NCBI GenBank assembly: GCA_030141605.1
Contig: JAQGDQ010000554.1
Coordinates: forward strand, 1 to 64,000
Direction of reading: 5' to 3'
Length of the DNA: 64,000 nucleotides
Source of the DNA: Tubiluchus corallicola
Taxonomy: Eukaryota; Animalia; Priapulida
Notes under the pieces: generated by a model
What the model saw: the letters and a program-made list of their open reading frames with translations, nothing else
Told to the model about the DNA's origin: nothing
Database searches by the model: none
In this document: in pieces, positions 13,901 to 26,579 of the stretch
Layout of the letters: every line of letters begins with the position of its first letter
How positions within the stretch are numbered: the first letter of the stretch is position 1
Translations under genes and position numbers: made by a program

Positions 13901-16900
13901 CAAGCATACTAAAGTGAATAAGTCAAATGACAACAAATAATTATGGTGATTATATGTAAACAAACACTTTATTAAGGCAACTGTACTCCTGAACTTACTA
14001 TGTATATTCTTGCAACTCTGGAGTGTATAATTAAGCTACCAGTACCCTTATGGCATACTATTGGCCTTTTGTTTTTTGCTACTTATACTGTATCCAAGTA
14101 CTGTTTTAAATTCGTTGTTGGTTTATTATGTTTATAATATTTGTTGCAAGCCTTATATTTAGCTAATTCACTACCAAAATTGAATTAAGTACAATACTTG
14201 CTTCGTAAAGCCATTTTTACTGACGATTACATTTCAGATGCTTTGGAAAATTGTTCTCTGGGAATGTGTGCATTGTGATAATTTGCACAGTTTGCTGTCC
14301 TTCACACAGTAGCACTGGCACACAGCTACTGAAAGACTTGTGCTATTGCGATTTCTGCATTGCTGTTATACAGCATAGTGATGCCATTATTTTGGTGAAA
14401 ATGAAAAATTTCCTTTATAACTACAGTCGGAAGTTGTGTTATTTTGCAGGAGCATTAGTTTAGAGAATTTATTTTTAGCTTTTTTCTGTGTAAACACAAA
14501 AATCTTTTGCTAATTAATAGGCGTGACTCGTGTGCACTAACTGAAAGCGGTTTGAACCCGACTGAAATGAGGAGAAATGCGTTTCTGAGTGGAAAATTTG
14601 AATCAAATGTTGGAACTCAAATGTTTGATTCCCAGTCCAAATTTCGTTTTTGTTTTTATTAAAGACATACTTAAATCTTACTAATTAACTTGCTCTCAGA
14701 GAGCTGTCACCTTTAAATTTTTATCTTTTTTACTTTGCGTATATGAAGGTTACTCTTGTTCAAGCTGAAAACACCACAGCTCAGTTTCGTATTTTACCTA
14801 TATACATTGAATAAGGATATGGTAGGCATTTTTGGCTAACATTTACTAGCATTTTGACTTGTTTCTAAGCTAATAAAACTTTTTAGAAGTTACTACTGGT
14901 CATCATTCCGCTTCCTTTTAGAACAAGGCTAGAAATGTTGCACAGTATATTACAGTTTTAGTCGATGTAATTTTTAGCTATGCGTATGTGTAGAATTCGT
15001 ATGCTTTGGATAGTAGCAATTCAACACAAAATTTCTGATTTTTACAGGAAAATGGCTGAACTATGGCATTATTGTGCTCGTCATGTGTCTGGATCTAAAC
15101 ATGTGGTTGAATCAAGTTCTTTATTATCCATACAAGTTTGGTCAGTACACCGATCCACACCATCGAATTCACACGGTTTCTGATCAGGTATTATGAAGAT
15201 TTAAAGTTTAATTTTTTATGTGCAAACCATGTTATGTTTTGCAATAACTTGCATTGAGAAACCAGTCAAACCACCCAGCATTTGAATTTAGGGGGCCATT
15301 TTGGTTTAATGAATTGCTATTGTCTTCTACATTCTCGATTGTACAATACAAATATCTAGACTTTATATTGAATTTTTGTTAAACATAGCGTCCAAACGAT
15401 GCCAGCGGTCACTCGACATAAGGGGCTACAATAAGAACATGATGTGAATATATATCCATATAATTAAATTGCTAATGGTAGAAGTTACCTGTTGATAACT
15501 GCTGAAGTGTTGTAGTTTTTAGGGAAACAATTTTCAGGGAGAGAGTTCTGTGTAGAAGAAGCTCAAAGAAAAAAGCTGGATTTATTAGGAATTGTTCTAC
15601 ATCTAGCAATGATTGTTCTACATATAGGAACCAATAATTATTTATTAGTAGAGATGACATGCACTCCGTAATCTGTATTGACGAGAATTTTCCCGGCATA
15701 GTGAAGTAGAAGTCAATAAGTTATTGAGAAGCCATGGTTTTCTTTAATCTGCACATATTTTCAGTTTGACTTTTGTAGTTTGAATGAGCATTATAAGTAA
15801 ATTGTGGCATTTCTAGTAGTTTGATCTAATGCAGTGAAAGTGTTATTACTCTTTTTTATATTACTTATCAAGGATAAGCTACAAATGGTGTAATGCTGTA
15901 TAGTGCTGTTGAAGCTTGAAATATTTTTGATATGTAGATATCTCTTGAAAGTGCGTCAGAGTGGGAATTGTCTTATGCATGGCGCAGCTCGCAGATAAAC
16001 AATGAAACAGATCGTCTGTATATTGATGACGATGGTCAAATGAATTCAAAATATTTAGGTAAGATAACAAATAAGCATGATAACACTCTTTCTGAAAATT
16101 TATGCATTCTTTACATGTATATGGACTTAGAATGTTTGCATTTTACGAAATTAAAAAACTTAAGTGAACAACAAACTTGAAATGTAAGCTGTTTAAGAGG
16201 AATGCATGCCGTTTTCTTAGTTCTATATGTATGTCTGTGTTTATTAAATGCTCTCAGCAAATTGTTGTCATTGTAACGATTTTAAAACCAATGTACTTCT
16301 GTACATAATTAGCTTTCTTTAGAACTTCAACAACTTACTGTCATTAACAAATCTATCTAGTTGCTATTTCTGTCAAGAATGAACAGCGAATTAAGTGAAG
16401 TATGGTTTATGTGATAGTATGTTTATGGGTAGGAGTCCATTTTGATTTGAGATTAATTAGGAAATCTGAGTTAAGCAGAGCTGTTTGTATTACAGTCAAG
16501 CTGCGTTATAATGTCCCTCTTTATAATGCCAACCTCGCTTAGCGCCAATGCTTTTGGTAAAACAAAATGTCTATATTTGTGTAGACATGCATTTATTAAT
16601 GCACCTTGTTGTAATGGCATACTTGCTATAAAGCCTTTTTATTCTGCAGTCCTAAAGCAGGTGGTGTAAAGAGATTTGGCTGTAAATCCTTTTCTTTTAA
16701 AGTAATAAATATTATTACTGAAGTAGAAATATTTTGGTAATAAAAAGATATTCCTGTGACAGTCCACTTTATAACAATCACATTTTAATGCTAATTTAAC
16801 ATTTCTTGTAAAAACTATAGCTTTTACAATTTCTGCTTTTGAAATTTAATAACTATGTATTTATCAACTAATAATTTTGAAATTTAGATAGCAAATACCT

Positions 16901-19900
16901 AAGTAAATATTCATTGATTATTTTATGCTCTAAATTAATTTAAATTAATATAATAGTTAGCAATTATGTTAGCATGAACAGGCTAATAATTCGCGAATAG
17001 ATTTTAATTAGTTTAATTTTTTACAAGTCAAATTGATTGAGCTATATGGAATTAAGAGTCATTCCACGAGAAAACCATGCAAAAGTCAAAAAATAGTGGA
17101 AGGTGACAAATCACCGATTTTGTTCATATTCACAGGGTTGAATGATCCCCTCAGATGTACCCCACAGCCAAAATATTAGATATCAAAAATGAGCCGTTTC
17201 GGAGATAGGCCGCCATTTTGATTTTTTTCGGATTTTGGCCATTTTGACGTAAAAAAATGACCTATATTTGTCACATCATTACACGCAGTAAATGAATGAT
17301 CCAGGACTAGTTGCTGGGTGGTATATATAGTAGGGGTATTGCCCTATTGCCACATTGAGTTTGATGAATTGAGATTCTCTTTCAGTAGGTATGATGAGCT
17401 CATGAAAGATGCGTGTCTGCTACAGTCTGAATGACACCCTGTTTTAAAATTCTCATAACTCCACTGGGGCGGGTATTTGAAGTATAATTAATATATGTTT
17501 ATTTACAGCTTGACCAGGCATACTTAGATCATTAATAAAATTTTGGCCAGCTCGTCCATAAATTGACGAGATTCGATCTTGAATGTGACCTAAATCGGAA
17601 AAAAATTAGTACGAATTATTCATAATTCTGAATAAAAAAAATGAAAATTTCAAAAAGAAACGATAAATTACAATTTCTGTCTCTCTGTCTCTCTCTGTCT
17701 CTCTTTGTCTCTCTCTGTCTCTGTCTCTCTGTGTCTCTCTGTGTCTCTCTGTGTCTCTCTCTGTCTCTCTGTGACTCTCTCTGTCTCTCTCTGTCTCTCT
17801 CTGTCTCTCTGTGTCTCTTTTGATAAGGAGGTTACCATAGCAACACATAGTAGCAGCTTACTGTATGTATTATCAATTATTAGCTTATTATTATTTACTA
17901 TAGTGCGACTTTTCATTGAATATTGGCGAATAAAAAATAGTCGTGGACGTAAAGAATTTGTTGTTGTCTTTTTGTTATTTTGAAAATTTGCGATTATAAG
18001 CATCGCTGAATATGGTAGTCGTGTATATGCGTATATCTTTACGAGACGGTGGAAACCTGGCGGTTAAATACAATATGAGCGAATGGCTTGAAACACACGT
18101 TGCACAGAGTCGGAATTAGTATGTAACGGCCGAGGCAGGGTCGTACTGGCCTTTGCTGCGTTTCTTAACCAGTTTTTTTGTTAATGCCCGTTGTTAGTAA
18201 GCAGAAGTCTGGTTGTCGAAGCTGCGAAAGTTGCCACACCAGGGTATTAGTAACTAAGTAACTATTAACTCGAATTGATTTGAGGAAAAATATCAGGGAC
18301 TGACAACTATTCGCCTGTTGAATACAAGACCACACAAAGCTGTGCACGTTTTATAAATTGGCTCGCAACATGTTATATTCGATGCTCGCTGCGGTTTCAA
18401 CACAATTTCACAAATAGTGCCTTGCCTCGCCTTGTCCGCCTTACTTTAGAATCTTGTTTAGCAAAGCTACACTAAACCCTTTTGACTGAAGTCTATTTTT
18501 CAGTCAAGACAGTGGGGCCCTCCCGAGGCCCCCGTATTGATCCACGGGCCATAGGTATATAGCCCGAGCACTTGTACACGAAACTGTTATTATGTACATG
18601 AAACTATTCCGTGTTTTATACAGATTATAGAAATCACTATGTTGTAATCGTCACAGGGGCCCTTCGAAGGGAATGCGGCCCCCTGATGAGGGGCCTGGTT
18701 GCTAGGAGTGCCCAGACATCTAAAGCCAGTCCATTACTACTATAAACATTGACGTTGCTGCACTTTGTATCGATTCTAATGGCAACACCGTCATCCAAAG
18801 GCGAATAGCTAAATATAGGTCAAGGTTGTGAAAATGGCAAAAAAGAGCAACTTTGGCTAAAAATTCTGGACTCTTGGGAGATCGCTGGCCAAAATTTTAT
18901 TTCATGCATTTGTAGGACTAGTCAAGCTGCAAATAAAAATATATTGATTAGTCCCCCAATACCCGCCCCAGTGGAGTTATGGGGATTTCAAAATGGCGTC
19001 TAAATTCAGCAGCAGCAGACACGTATCTTTTGCAATCTGATGACACCAACTGAAAAGGAGGTTCAATTTGGCAACGATAATGGTACGGTAGGGTAAGACC
19101 CCTACTATATATATCACCAATTAACTAGTGCTGGATCGCTCATCTACTGTCTGTAATAACGTGAGAAATAATGGGCAAATTTTTACTCCAAAATGGCCAA
19201 AATCCGAAAAAAATCAAAATGGCGGCTTTTCTCAGAAACGGCTCATTTCTGAAATCTAATATTATGGCTGTGGGGTACATCTGAGGGGACCATCAAACCC
19301 TGTGAATATGAACAAAATCGGTGATTTGTCACCTTCCACTATTTTGCTGATTTTCTCATGGAATGACTCTTAAGTGGTTTCAAATGATGGACTTGTAATC
19401 CAACCATCCATGGTTCAAATCCAGACTTCTGGGTTTTCGCTTTTTTTGGTTGAATTTAGTTTTAAAGTTTAAATCTTTTCATTTATTTCACTTTTAATGC
19501 ATATTGTTTCTTGGTTTTACAGACTTTTTACTTTCATTAAATTTTGCTGATTGTTTAGGTTATAGTCTGGCAGTCAAGTCAGTTGCTCTAATTCCTTCCA
19601 TTCTTGCCTTCCTGGGTTTCTTCATACTCATTGGAGTTTATGGCCGGATACACCCTGACTCTGACAACCGGTTTCGGAGAAACAGCCGCATGAAGATGTA
19701 TCGAAAAGACATTTCTAGAGGCGATGCTGTACCTCTAAATGATGTTTGCGATACTCCGGAAACGAAAAGATTAACCCCGATTGCAGAAGAAGATCACGGA
19801 AGCTATGATGGTGATACGGTGAATAAAAGAAAATTGCAGGAGGAGTTATTAGAAGAGTTAACTGACCAGGCAAAGGCAAAGGAGTCGGATCGTGAAGGCA

Positions 19901-19932
19901 AAGAGAGCGATGATACTACTGTGCAGAGTTGA
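7987..19932 (+). CDS. TMEM117: Transmembrane protein 117 homologue, about 723 aa, 10 coding exons
   Basis: Exons 7987-8076, 8302-9054, 10140-10212, 10577-10812, 12903-13004, 13114-13269, 13592-13718, 15048-15187, 15938-16058 and 19559-19932 (sum 2172 nt, phases consistent). Motifs include YYFQHPWFRL.VAYLVIFLNFLIFAEDPVSHS, MAACGTWLGDFVTAWMVTD.MLQD, QDWDFPHF and GKWLNYGII. The first exon is the least certain. Confidence 0.9.
10984..12018. mobile_element. Non-autonomous hAT-like element (1035 bp) in a TMEM117 intron
   Basis: 14-bp TIRs (CGGGGGTGTGCAAA vs reverse complement CAGGGGCGTGCAAA) with subterminal GCGGGCC motifs. Perfect 8-bp TSD GTGTAAGC at 10976-10983 and 12019-12026. Confidence 0.88.
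12078..12537. repeat. Inverted repeat of about 115 bp (12078-12197 vs 12424-12537), resembling Penelope-type terminal repeats
   Basis: Both arms read ttcttaaaatgaaaa...agcaaag..atggcttttatt.agacacaaacatct...gtttcg in opposite orientation. A CGAAACGTCG...AATAAA motif is present. Confidence 0.55.
16493..16682. mobile_element. Short Tc1/mariner (Tigger/pogo-like) MITE
   Basis: Ends TA|CAGTCAAGCTGCGTTATAA ... GAGATTTGGCTG|TA, with internal ttataatg repeats. Confidence 0.55.
17056..19369. mobile_element. Non-autonomous DNA transposon with ~500-bp TIRs, Sola3-like (2314 bp)
   Basis: Ends TTAA|GAGTCATTCCA ... TGGAATGACTC|TTAA. The arms 17056-~17555 and ~18878-19369 are clearly reverse complementary. 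A TTAA TSD, GAG..CTC termini and long TIRs fit Sola3. No transposase ORF inside. Confidence 0.85.
17676..17818. repeat. Compound (CT/GT)n microsatellite inside the Sola3-like element
   Basis: Direct reading of ctgtctctct repeats; it explains the spurious ER- and SL-rich ORFs at 17606-18003. Confidence 0.95.
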
Positions 19933-20308
19933 TATGTAGTGACCAAAGAATACAGTGGTATTACGTTAACCTTTATGTGTCACAAGTGCTACATTATTTA
20001 TCTATTTTTGTGCTGAACCTTTTATATGCTTTATTATGAAGTGTACTTGCAATATTTTTGGTACGTGTTCAATTATGTGATTTGCTATATGGAACACATG
20101 TCAATTGTTTTTTGTCCACTGTTTTTTTTTGATGTGTTCATTATTTTACAGTTTTTTGGTTATTTTGAAGCTACATGCAAGAAATTCTTCTAGTCACTTA
20201 CCTTGCAAATTATTTTTATCTTTGTGATATTACTACATGTTGCTTTTAGGCCTTCATGTGTAATAATATGATCATGCTTGTATGATACCCATTTTTACTT
20301 ACATTATA

Positions 20309-20714
20309 CAGTGTAGTCCGGTAAACGTTTCTCCAAACTAACTCGTAATTCTTCATCCGGGTAAAGACATTTGTTTATCTTCACATCGCCATGTAGCTCG
20401 GTTTCTTTTATTTTCAAAGGGTTATAGGTTTCCCTTCAAGACTCGACCAACCACAGTAGACTGTTGTTTCTACACTGTTCCAGCAATGAGCAAAAATGGC
20501 CATTTTTGGAGGTTTTCACTTGTCATTCCTAGCAGGAATATGGTGTAGAAAGAATATCCAAGCAGCACTTGTTGGGTGGTTATGAGAAAAATTTATAGCT
20601 CTTTGAAAAGAAAAGAAACGGAGTGCCATGATGATGTTGGTCTCTTTTACAATTACCACTACCAGGATTCAGGGTTATGAGTTAGTTAAGGAAATGTTTT
20701 TTTGGAATGCCCCA
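20309..20714. mobile_element. Degenerate Tc1/mariner-like MITE in the probable TMEM117 3' UTR
   Basis: Left end TA|CAGTGTAGTCC..aaacgtttctccaaactaactcgtaa matches the reverse complement of ttatgagttagttaaggaaatgttt near 20675-20700. Confidence 0.45.
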
Positions 20715-22110
20715 TATTTCATTACAGTACATCATGCAATTCAAGAATACCAGTCTTGCTGTTCAAAATGTGACTGGAGTATGTGTTTACAATAAAGAAT
20801 TTGCAGTTTCAATATGCATACGTATCAGAAGCATAATATAACCTCTTTAAATAGAACAAGTTTTTATATAATAGTTTTTTCTAAATACTGTGCTCAGTTA
20901 TTTACTAGTTTTAGAATGCTTCGATTCTGAAGTAATACATTTTATTTACTTTCATATGGGTCTCAAATTCTCTCTGCTTGAATTTTGAGTAAAATCACTT
21001 ACTTTATGCTGAATAATTAATCACGTTGAAAAATGAGACAAGTGATGCTGTAAAAAAGCTCTGTTTACTACTGTATGCACACAGGTACAAACCCTGGCAT
21101 CGGCAGATTTGTATTGTGTGTGGAAAGTATGACGTGAAAAATGATCATTGGTGCAACCCTAATCAAGATCATGGTAGAAAGTTTGTGCTGACTAGAATAG
21201 TAACCATACATAACTGTTAACTTTAGTAACAACTTAGTTATGTATGGCACATCGCACTAGCATTTAATTTCTTATAAATGTATTACATTTGTTAAGTTCA
21301 TCTACTGTGTGTTTTTTCATTGCTAAATTAACGCTTTATTGTGACTGAATTTTGCCATTTTTAATTGCACACGTCATTTACGCAAGACGTGTGAGTATCA
21401 CATTTTCTTTAATAATATTTATAATTTTTTGGTGATTGTATAAAATTGTGAATTTATTACAAAGGTATTGCATGACGTGGATGATTTTTTTAATTCAGTA
21501 CGGTGCTCATTTACTTGATATTATAAATAGTGTGTACAATACGTAATCTAGTCACTAACATTTTAGGTTGTACAATACAATTTTGTCCACCATTGCATTT
21601 ATTACATGCTGAATGTCATGGTTTTGACTATTTATTAAAAGCCAAAAAGGTAGTTACTAGCTATATTTTGATTATTGATTGTTATTTTTGCTGGTACACT
21701 TATAATTGTGGACATTTTTCTAAGGTCATATTAAGGAGATTTTTTGGAGATTATTGTACTGTGTGCAAATCTGTGTACTTTTCTCAGTTGTCTAATTGAA
21801 TATTAGAAGCAAGCATAATATGTGAGTATTTTCTGAGATTTTACTCTCTATATGACCTTCACGTCTGCTTACGACGTCTTGCTATCAACGCCACTTTGTC
21901 TGCAATTACAGTGGCGTTATGTAATAACACTCAGTTTAGTGATTTAACAGAAATGCTTGTTATTAAGCTGTTGTCTTTTTTGCAATAGTTGCCGTTTTTT
22001 CTTTATGTTTTATTCGTTATTTTGATAAATTATGTGTGGAATGCAAGCATGTTAGAAGATGTTGGTATTTAGAAACTGATTTCTTTTACAACATGTAGGC
22101 TAATGGTGCA

Positions 22111-22116
<6 letters not shown>

Positions 22117-22146
<30 letters not shown>
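22117..22146. repeat. (TA)n microsatellite
   Basis: Direct reading. Confidence 0.95.
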
Positions 22147-22149
<3 letters not shown>

Positions 22150-23439
22150 AATGTATGTGAGTTGTCCAATATATTAAAAAACTGAATTATTTTATAATAA
22201 TTATTAAGTTAATGTGTTCTATTTGTTCATGGAATGGTATATTTTTTCTAAACTAATGTTGGAAGATAATTCTGATGCTATGTACCTTTCTCCTATGACA
22301 CGTCTGAGAGCTCAGAATAGTCAGTTAATAGTGACAACCATAACAACAACAACAACAGTAATAATCAATAATGATGATGATGGAGGTGATTATGATGATG
22401 GTGATAATCTGTTAATTATAATTATTAATAGCTTTGCTTACAATGTTTTTTTAAAATATCACTGTCTACAACAATGACCAGAAACCTGTCAAGAAAGCAT
22501 AAATTTTTGGATTTTAGTCGCATCCAAGTGGAGGTGCAAAATTTTTCAGATTTCACATTAAATTTATGAGATTGTTATTGTATTTTTTTGGATGATCTGT
22601 CTTTTGTCAAGTTGTCTTTTAAAGTGGTCTGAACGTCTTGCAATTCTAACGTGTGCCCAATCGTGGCACCTTAACTGTTGCACTTACCAAGGAAAAAATG
22701 AGACTGCCAGAGCACCCCGAAGCACCTTGACCTAGGTAAACTTTGATTTTCTATCACTTTTGTTATATTTTGTGTAACAGTGTGTGCTTGCTTGACATTA
22801 CATCTAAAGCGACCAATATCATGCCAATTTGCTAATGTACCGAAAAGCATTGTGTAAATAAAACTGGATAAAATTGAATGAGGCGGGTGCCGAAACGAAA
22901 TTGTGTTTTGAAGATTTGATCCCTTGCTGAAGGAAGTCTGTATAAATTGCGTATAAATTTTGTTTTAATTCTCCATATTTTTACAAATTTTTAACCAATT
23001 TCTAGATTACATTAAGTTTAATTTCGCCTTTAGTGTTTTTAAGTAATGCAATTAAGGTCTAGAATAAATGTTTCATTAAGTTGGTGAGTTAAACTTTTCT
23101 TTATAACCTAATATTTGTAGTTACTTGCTGTACCATAAAAATGAATGATTACGTTCCATACCACGTAAATGTTATTAACACTCCTCTTGACTGAATCATC
23201 CAGCCACTTGATTGTAGATTGCAGATTTCAGACCCATCAATAAAAACATTGGTAATATTCGCACTGTAGATGCAGAATTAAACAGAGTTCTCTGAAAACA
23301 TTCGTAGAGAGTTAGATTCATTTTTTATTCTTTTTTATTTTATTTTCCCTTTTGTACATATCACACTTATAGTTATTACTAAATTAAAAATACAATTCAA
23401 GGAAAAGGTGGCGAAACATGCTCTGCTCTGAGCAAAAAC

Positions 23440-23825
23440 TGTGTAACATGTTCAGTATTCATGTTCAAATATAACTTATCTGGGTTACACTTTCTCTAAC
23501 CGTGTTGTGCAGAAATGGAACAATCTAGACAGTGATATTGTTAATTTTGCCAATGCTGAGTCTTTCAAACAAAAGTACTGAGAGGAGCTGCGCCAAAGGC
23601 ATTTTTTATATGCTAGCACTCTTGTAACTTTTGAGGTAAGGATTTTGCATGCCACTTACTTGGTACTTACTCGACAGGTTTTACATTTTAGATAACAGTC
23701 ATGGAACTCTATCTGTTTTTGAATTTTCCCACTTTATTTACTGTGACTTATTAACATGGTGACAACGTCTTCTGACAGAGTATTCCAAATAACAATGATT
23801 CGATGAGATAACAGGAGTCTTATTA
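23440..23825. mobile_element. Two short CR1-like LINE 3' remnants in opposite orientation
   Basis: The + strand at ~23485-23575 encodes YTFSNRVVQKWNNLDSDIV...ESFKQK. The - strand at ~23760-23820 encodes RLLLSHRIIVIWNTLSEDVV. Confidence 0.6.
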
Positions 23826-24674
23826 TGTCAGTTTATTTTATCTTATTTATTATTATTATTATTATTTATATAATCTTATGATTGTACTACTTAAAGTTAC
23901 TAGCCAAACAGGACTATGACACTTGACAGGTACTACAACTAACCAAAGCGGCAGTGCAGTGTGCACAGAGGAATTCACGGAAAGTTAAGAGCTTATTTCT
24001 GCTATGGTCCTGAAAAATAAAAATCCCGTGCTGCCACCCTCTCAGTCCAGCAAATGTCAAGAAAATAAGTGACATCAAATCTACAATACATAGATCGCAG
24101 AACGTCAATCAGTTAGTGGGGGTCCACCTCGCAATGGCCTATCAGATGCTGTATTTTCGCTCTAATTGCTTTTCTATTGATGAGGCCTGGAACTTACTCC
24201 CAACCTCAAGGGTATTTGCACGTGAAGCACACAATAATATACAGAGAATCTGTGTGTTCATGATTGTTTTTACTTATTAAATTCATTAGATAGCAGTGAA
24301 AGAGAGTATAGAATGGTGAAGTGTTGTTCTTAGGGCACATGTATCGTGGATGCTCGGTACCCAGAAGGGTTAGAAGTCCAGCTCATTTGTTTCCCCAATC
24401 CAAAAATATGCACTTAGACAAGTATCACCAATGGATCGAAGCATGCGGGAGCCACAAGAACAACTCAACCCATTCAAAATTAATAAACATCCTGCTCTCT
24501 GCTCAAAGTTTCCTAATGTTTTACTGTTACTACTGGCTACATGTAGAAATGTGGCGTGCTAATGCTACTAATGAAGCCACACATTTTTTATTCAAAATTA
24601 AATACATTGTCCATCATTCCAAATTATGTTTCAATTGGAATTTATATTTTTTTCAGATTACTAAAGCTATTTTA

Positions 24675-26579
24675 ATGGATGAAGGTGCAAGTGTGTGCTG
24701 GGTGCCAGACTCCTTACTATTACATATCTTCAAGAACTTACAAGCTAAGCATCTTCTTAATGCTGGTCAAGTGTGTAAGCGTTGGTATATTGTTAGCCTA
24801 GACGAACTGTTATGGAAAGATCTATTCTACAGAAATTTCCACATAAGTCGCAATGTTGGCATGGCACCAGGAAAGTTTTCCTGGTACAGCGAATACAAGC
24901 GTTTATATTACCGTACACCTTTAATTCAGACCGAGGTGTTGAAAGCTCATACAGATCAAGTACTTCACGTATCATTTTCACGTAATGGCAAATATTTTGC
25001 CACGAGTTCTAAAGATGGTTTTGTGAAATTGTGGAATGCGGTCACCCCCAGTACAGTTAAGTACAGCCAAGACATGAAAACGTTCTGCTGGAAGTATACA
25101 CAGTTTTCCCAGTTTAACGAAAGTGACACAAAACTACTTGTATCAGGCGTCTACTTTGGTTCACATAGCACTTCAGGAGAAATAGCTGTTTTTAGCATCG
25201 AAGAGGGTGAGTTAGTTTTGCAGTGCAGAGTCATTAATAGACCGTATGACATATTTGGTACGTGGTATAATGACGAGTATTTATTTTCTGGTAATTTACA
25301 CTGGATGGGACATCTCGTTTCATGCTCTGCATTGTGGATAAACAGGGCTTCCCAAGTAACAGAGTCAGAGTGGGAGTGTGTTGTAAAACGAGTTTATAAA
25401 TTTTGTAATGTGAATGCTAGTTCTATCAGGACAGTAATGGTTGCCACCCCTTCCCAGTTCTCTACTTCGGATGTTGACGTAACTGAAGAAGATCTGACAG
25501 AGCAGGCAACAGCCGAAAAGGCATGTTCTAATAAAGTGAGACTCAAAGAAACAAGGGTGTTCGTAAATGGGATGTATCGAACGCGGCTTGTCCCAGAAGA
25601 TGTCAGTACAAATAATTCGTTGAGAGAAAGTCGATCCACTAGTCAGCTGAGTGCCAAAATTGAATATGATGAACATTATAGGAATGCAGAAAGTCGTCTG
25701 TCCTACACTTTGGATGAAGAAGAAGAAAGTACTGCTCTAACGAGTGATGCCGCTGCCACTTTTTCTACAGCTGAATCTTCTTCTTCTCTACAAACAGGAA
25801 GCATCGATTTTGAATCAGAAGATGACCTTGATGAACCACCATTTAGGCGATTCTCTGGTGAGCTGCAGCTGCTCGATCAACGGGATAAACTACTAATTTT
25901 TACAACCGGTTCTAAGACTTATACGCCCCACCAGATAGGAATAAAGGTCATCCAAAATCTGGCCATGGAGAAAACGCATGCTGCAAGACCCCCAAGACTA
26001 ACAGATCTAGGCGTTCGGATGCTACCTAATGATGGAGAAGAACATGGAGGACATCACTTGCCAGGTAACTTTGACCTGGAAAATTTAGAACAATCTTTTG
26101 ATGATATTGATTACTTGATCGATCTAAATGGCCATATTATTGGAATGGGTCTTTCTCCAGATAACCGTTTTCTTTATGTAAATGTAAGGCCATGGCCGGA
26201 AGGATGCGAGATAGAGAATCCTTTGGATCCGCCCCCAATTGCACAAGAAATTGACATCCGCGTTATCGACTTGTTGACAATGCGGCAGGTTGGTACGATG
26301 CACAGATGTCATAAAGCGTATACGCCAAATAATGAATGCTTCTTCATCTTTCTTGATGTGTGCAAGGAGTATGTTGCTAGTGGAGCAGAAAATAAGAATG
26401 GGCACTTGTGGGACAGGCATTATGGCACGTGCATTGCAAAGTATCCTCATCAAGACGTAGTTAACTGTGTGGCATTCAACCCCGTGGACAATGAAATGTT
26501 AGTTACTGCTAGTGATGATAACACAGTCAAAGTCTGGCTGTCTCGACATCATGTGGCAAAGTTGAAGCGAAAGTCTTAA
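24675..26579 (+). CDS. FBXW5: F-box/WD repeat protein 5, 634 aa, single coding exon
   Basis: N-terminal F-box (PDSLLLHIF...GQVCKRW...DELLWK) and WD40 repeats (HTDQVLHVSFS..G.YFATSSKDG; H.DVVNCVAFNP.DNEMLVTASDD.TVKVW). FBXW5-type motifs: YTQFSQFN.SD, NRPYDIFG.W and PPPIAQEID. Acceptor ttttttcag ends at 24656, so the first 118 codons of ORF 24321 are probably not coding. Confidence 0.93.
   Translation: MDEGASVCWVPDSLLLHIFKNLQAKHLLNAGQVCKRWYIVSLDELLWKDLFYRNFHISRNVGMAPGKFSWYSEYKRLYYRTPLIQTEVLKAHTDQVLHVSFSRNGKYFATSSKDGFVKLWNAVTPSTVKYSQDMKTFCWKYTQFSQFNESDTKLLVSGVYFGSHSTSGEIAVFSIEEGELVLQCRVINRPYDIFGTWYNDEYLFSGNLHWMGHLVSCSALWINRASQVTESEWECVVKRVYKFCNVNASSIRTVMVATPSQFSTSDVDVTEEDLTEQATAEKACSNKVRLKETRVFVNGMYRTRLVPEDVSTNNSLRESRSTSQLSAKIEYDEHYRNAESRLSYTLDEEEESTALTSDAAATFSTAESSSSLQTGSIDFESEDDLDEPPFRRFSGELQLLDQRDKLLIFTTGSKTYTPHQIGIKVIQNLAMEKTHAARPPRLTDLGVRMLPNDGEEHGGHHLPGNFDLENLEQSFDDIDYLIDLNGHIIGMGLSPDNRFLYVNVRPWPEGCEIENPLDPPPIAQEIDIRVIDLLTMRQVGTMHRCHKAYTPNNECFFIFLDVCKEYVASGAENKNGHLWDRHYGTCIAKYPHQDVVNCVAFNPVDNEMLVTASDDNTVKVWLSRHHVAKLKRKS

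Noticed and set aside
17606-18003. Overlapping ER-rich and SL-rich ORFs
   Set aside because: Translation of a CT/GT microsatellite.
24321-24674. 118-aa N-terminal extension of FBXW5 in the ORF track
   Set aside because: It starts at GTG, is intron-like in composition and contains a strong acceptor at 24656. Recognisable homology starts at Met 24675.
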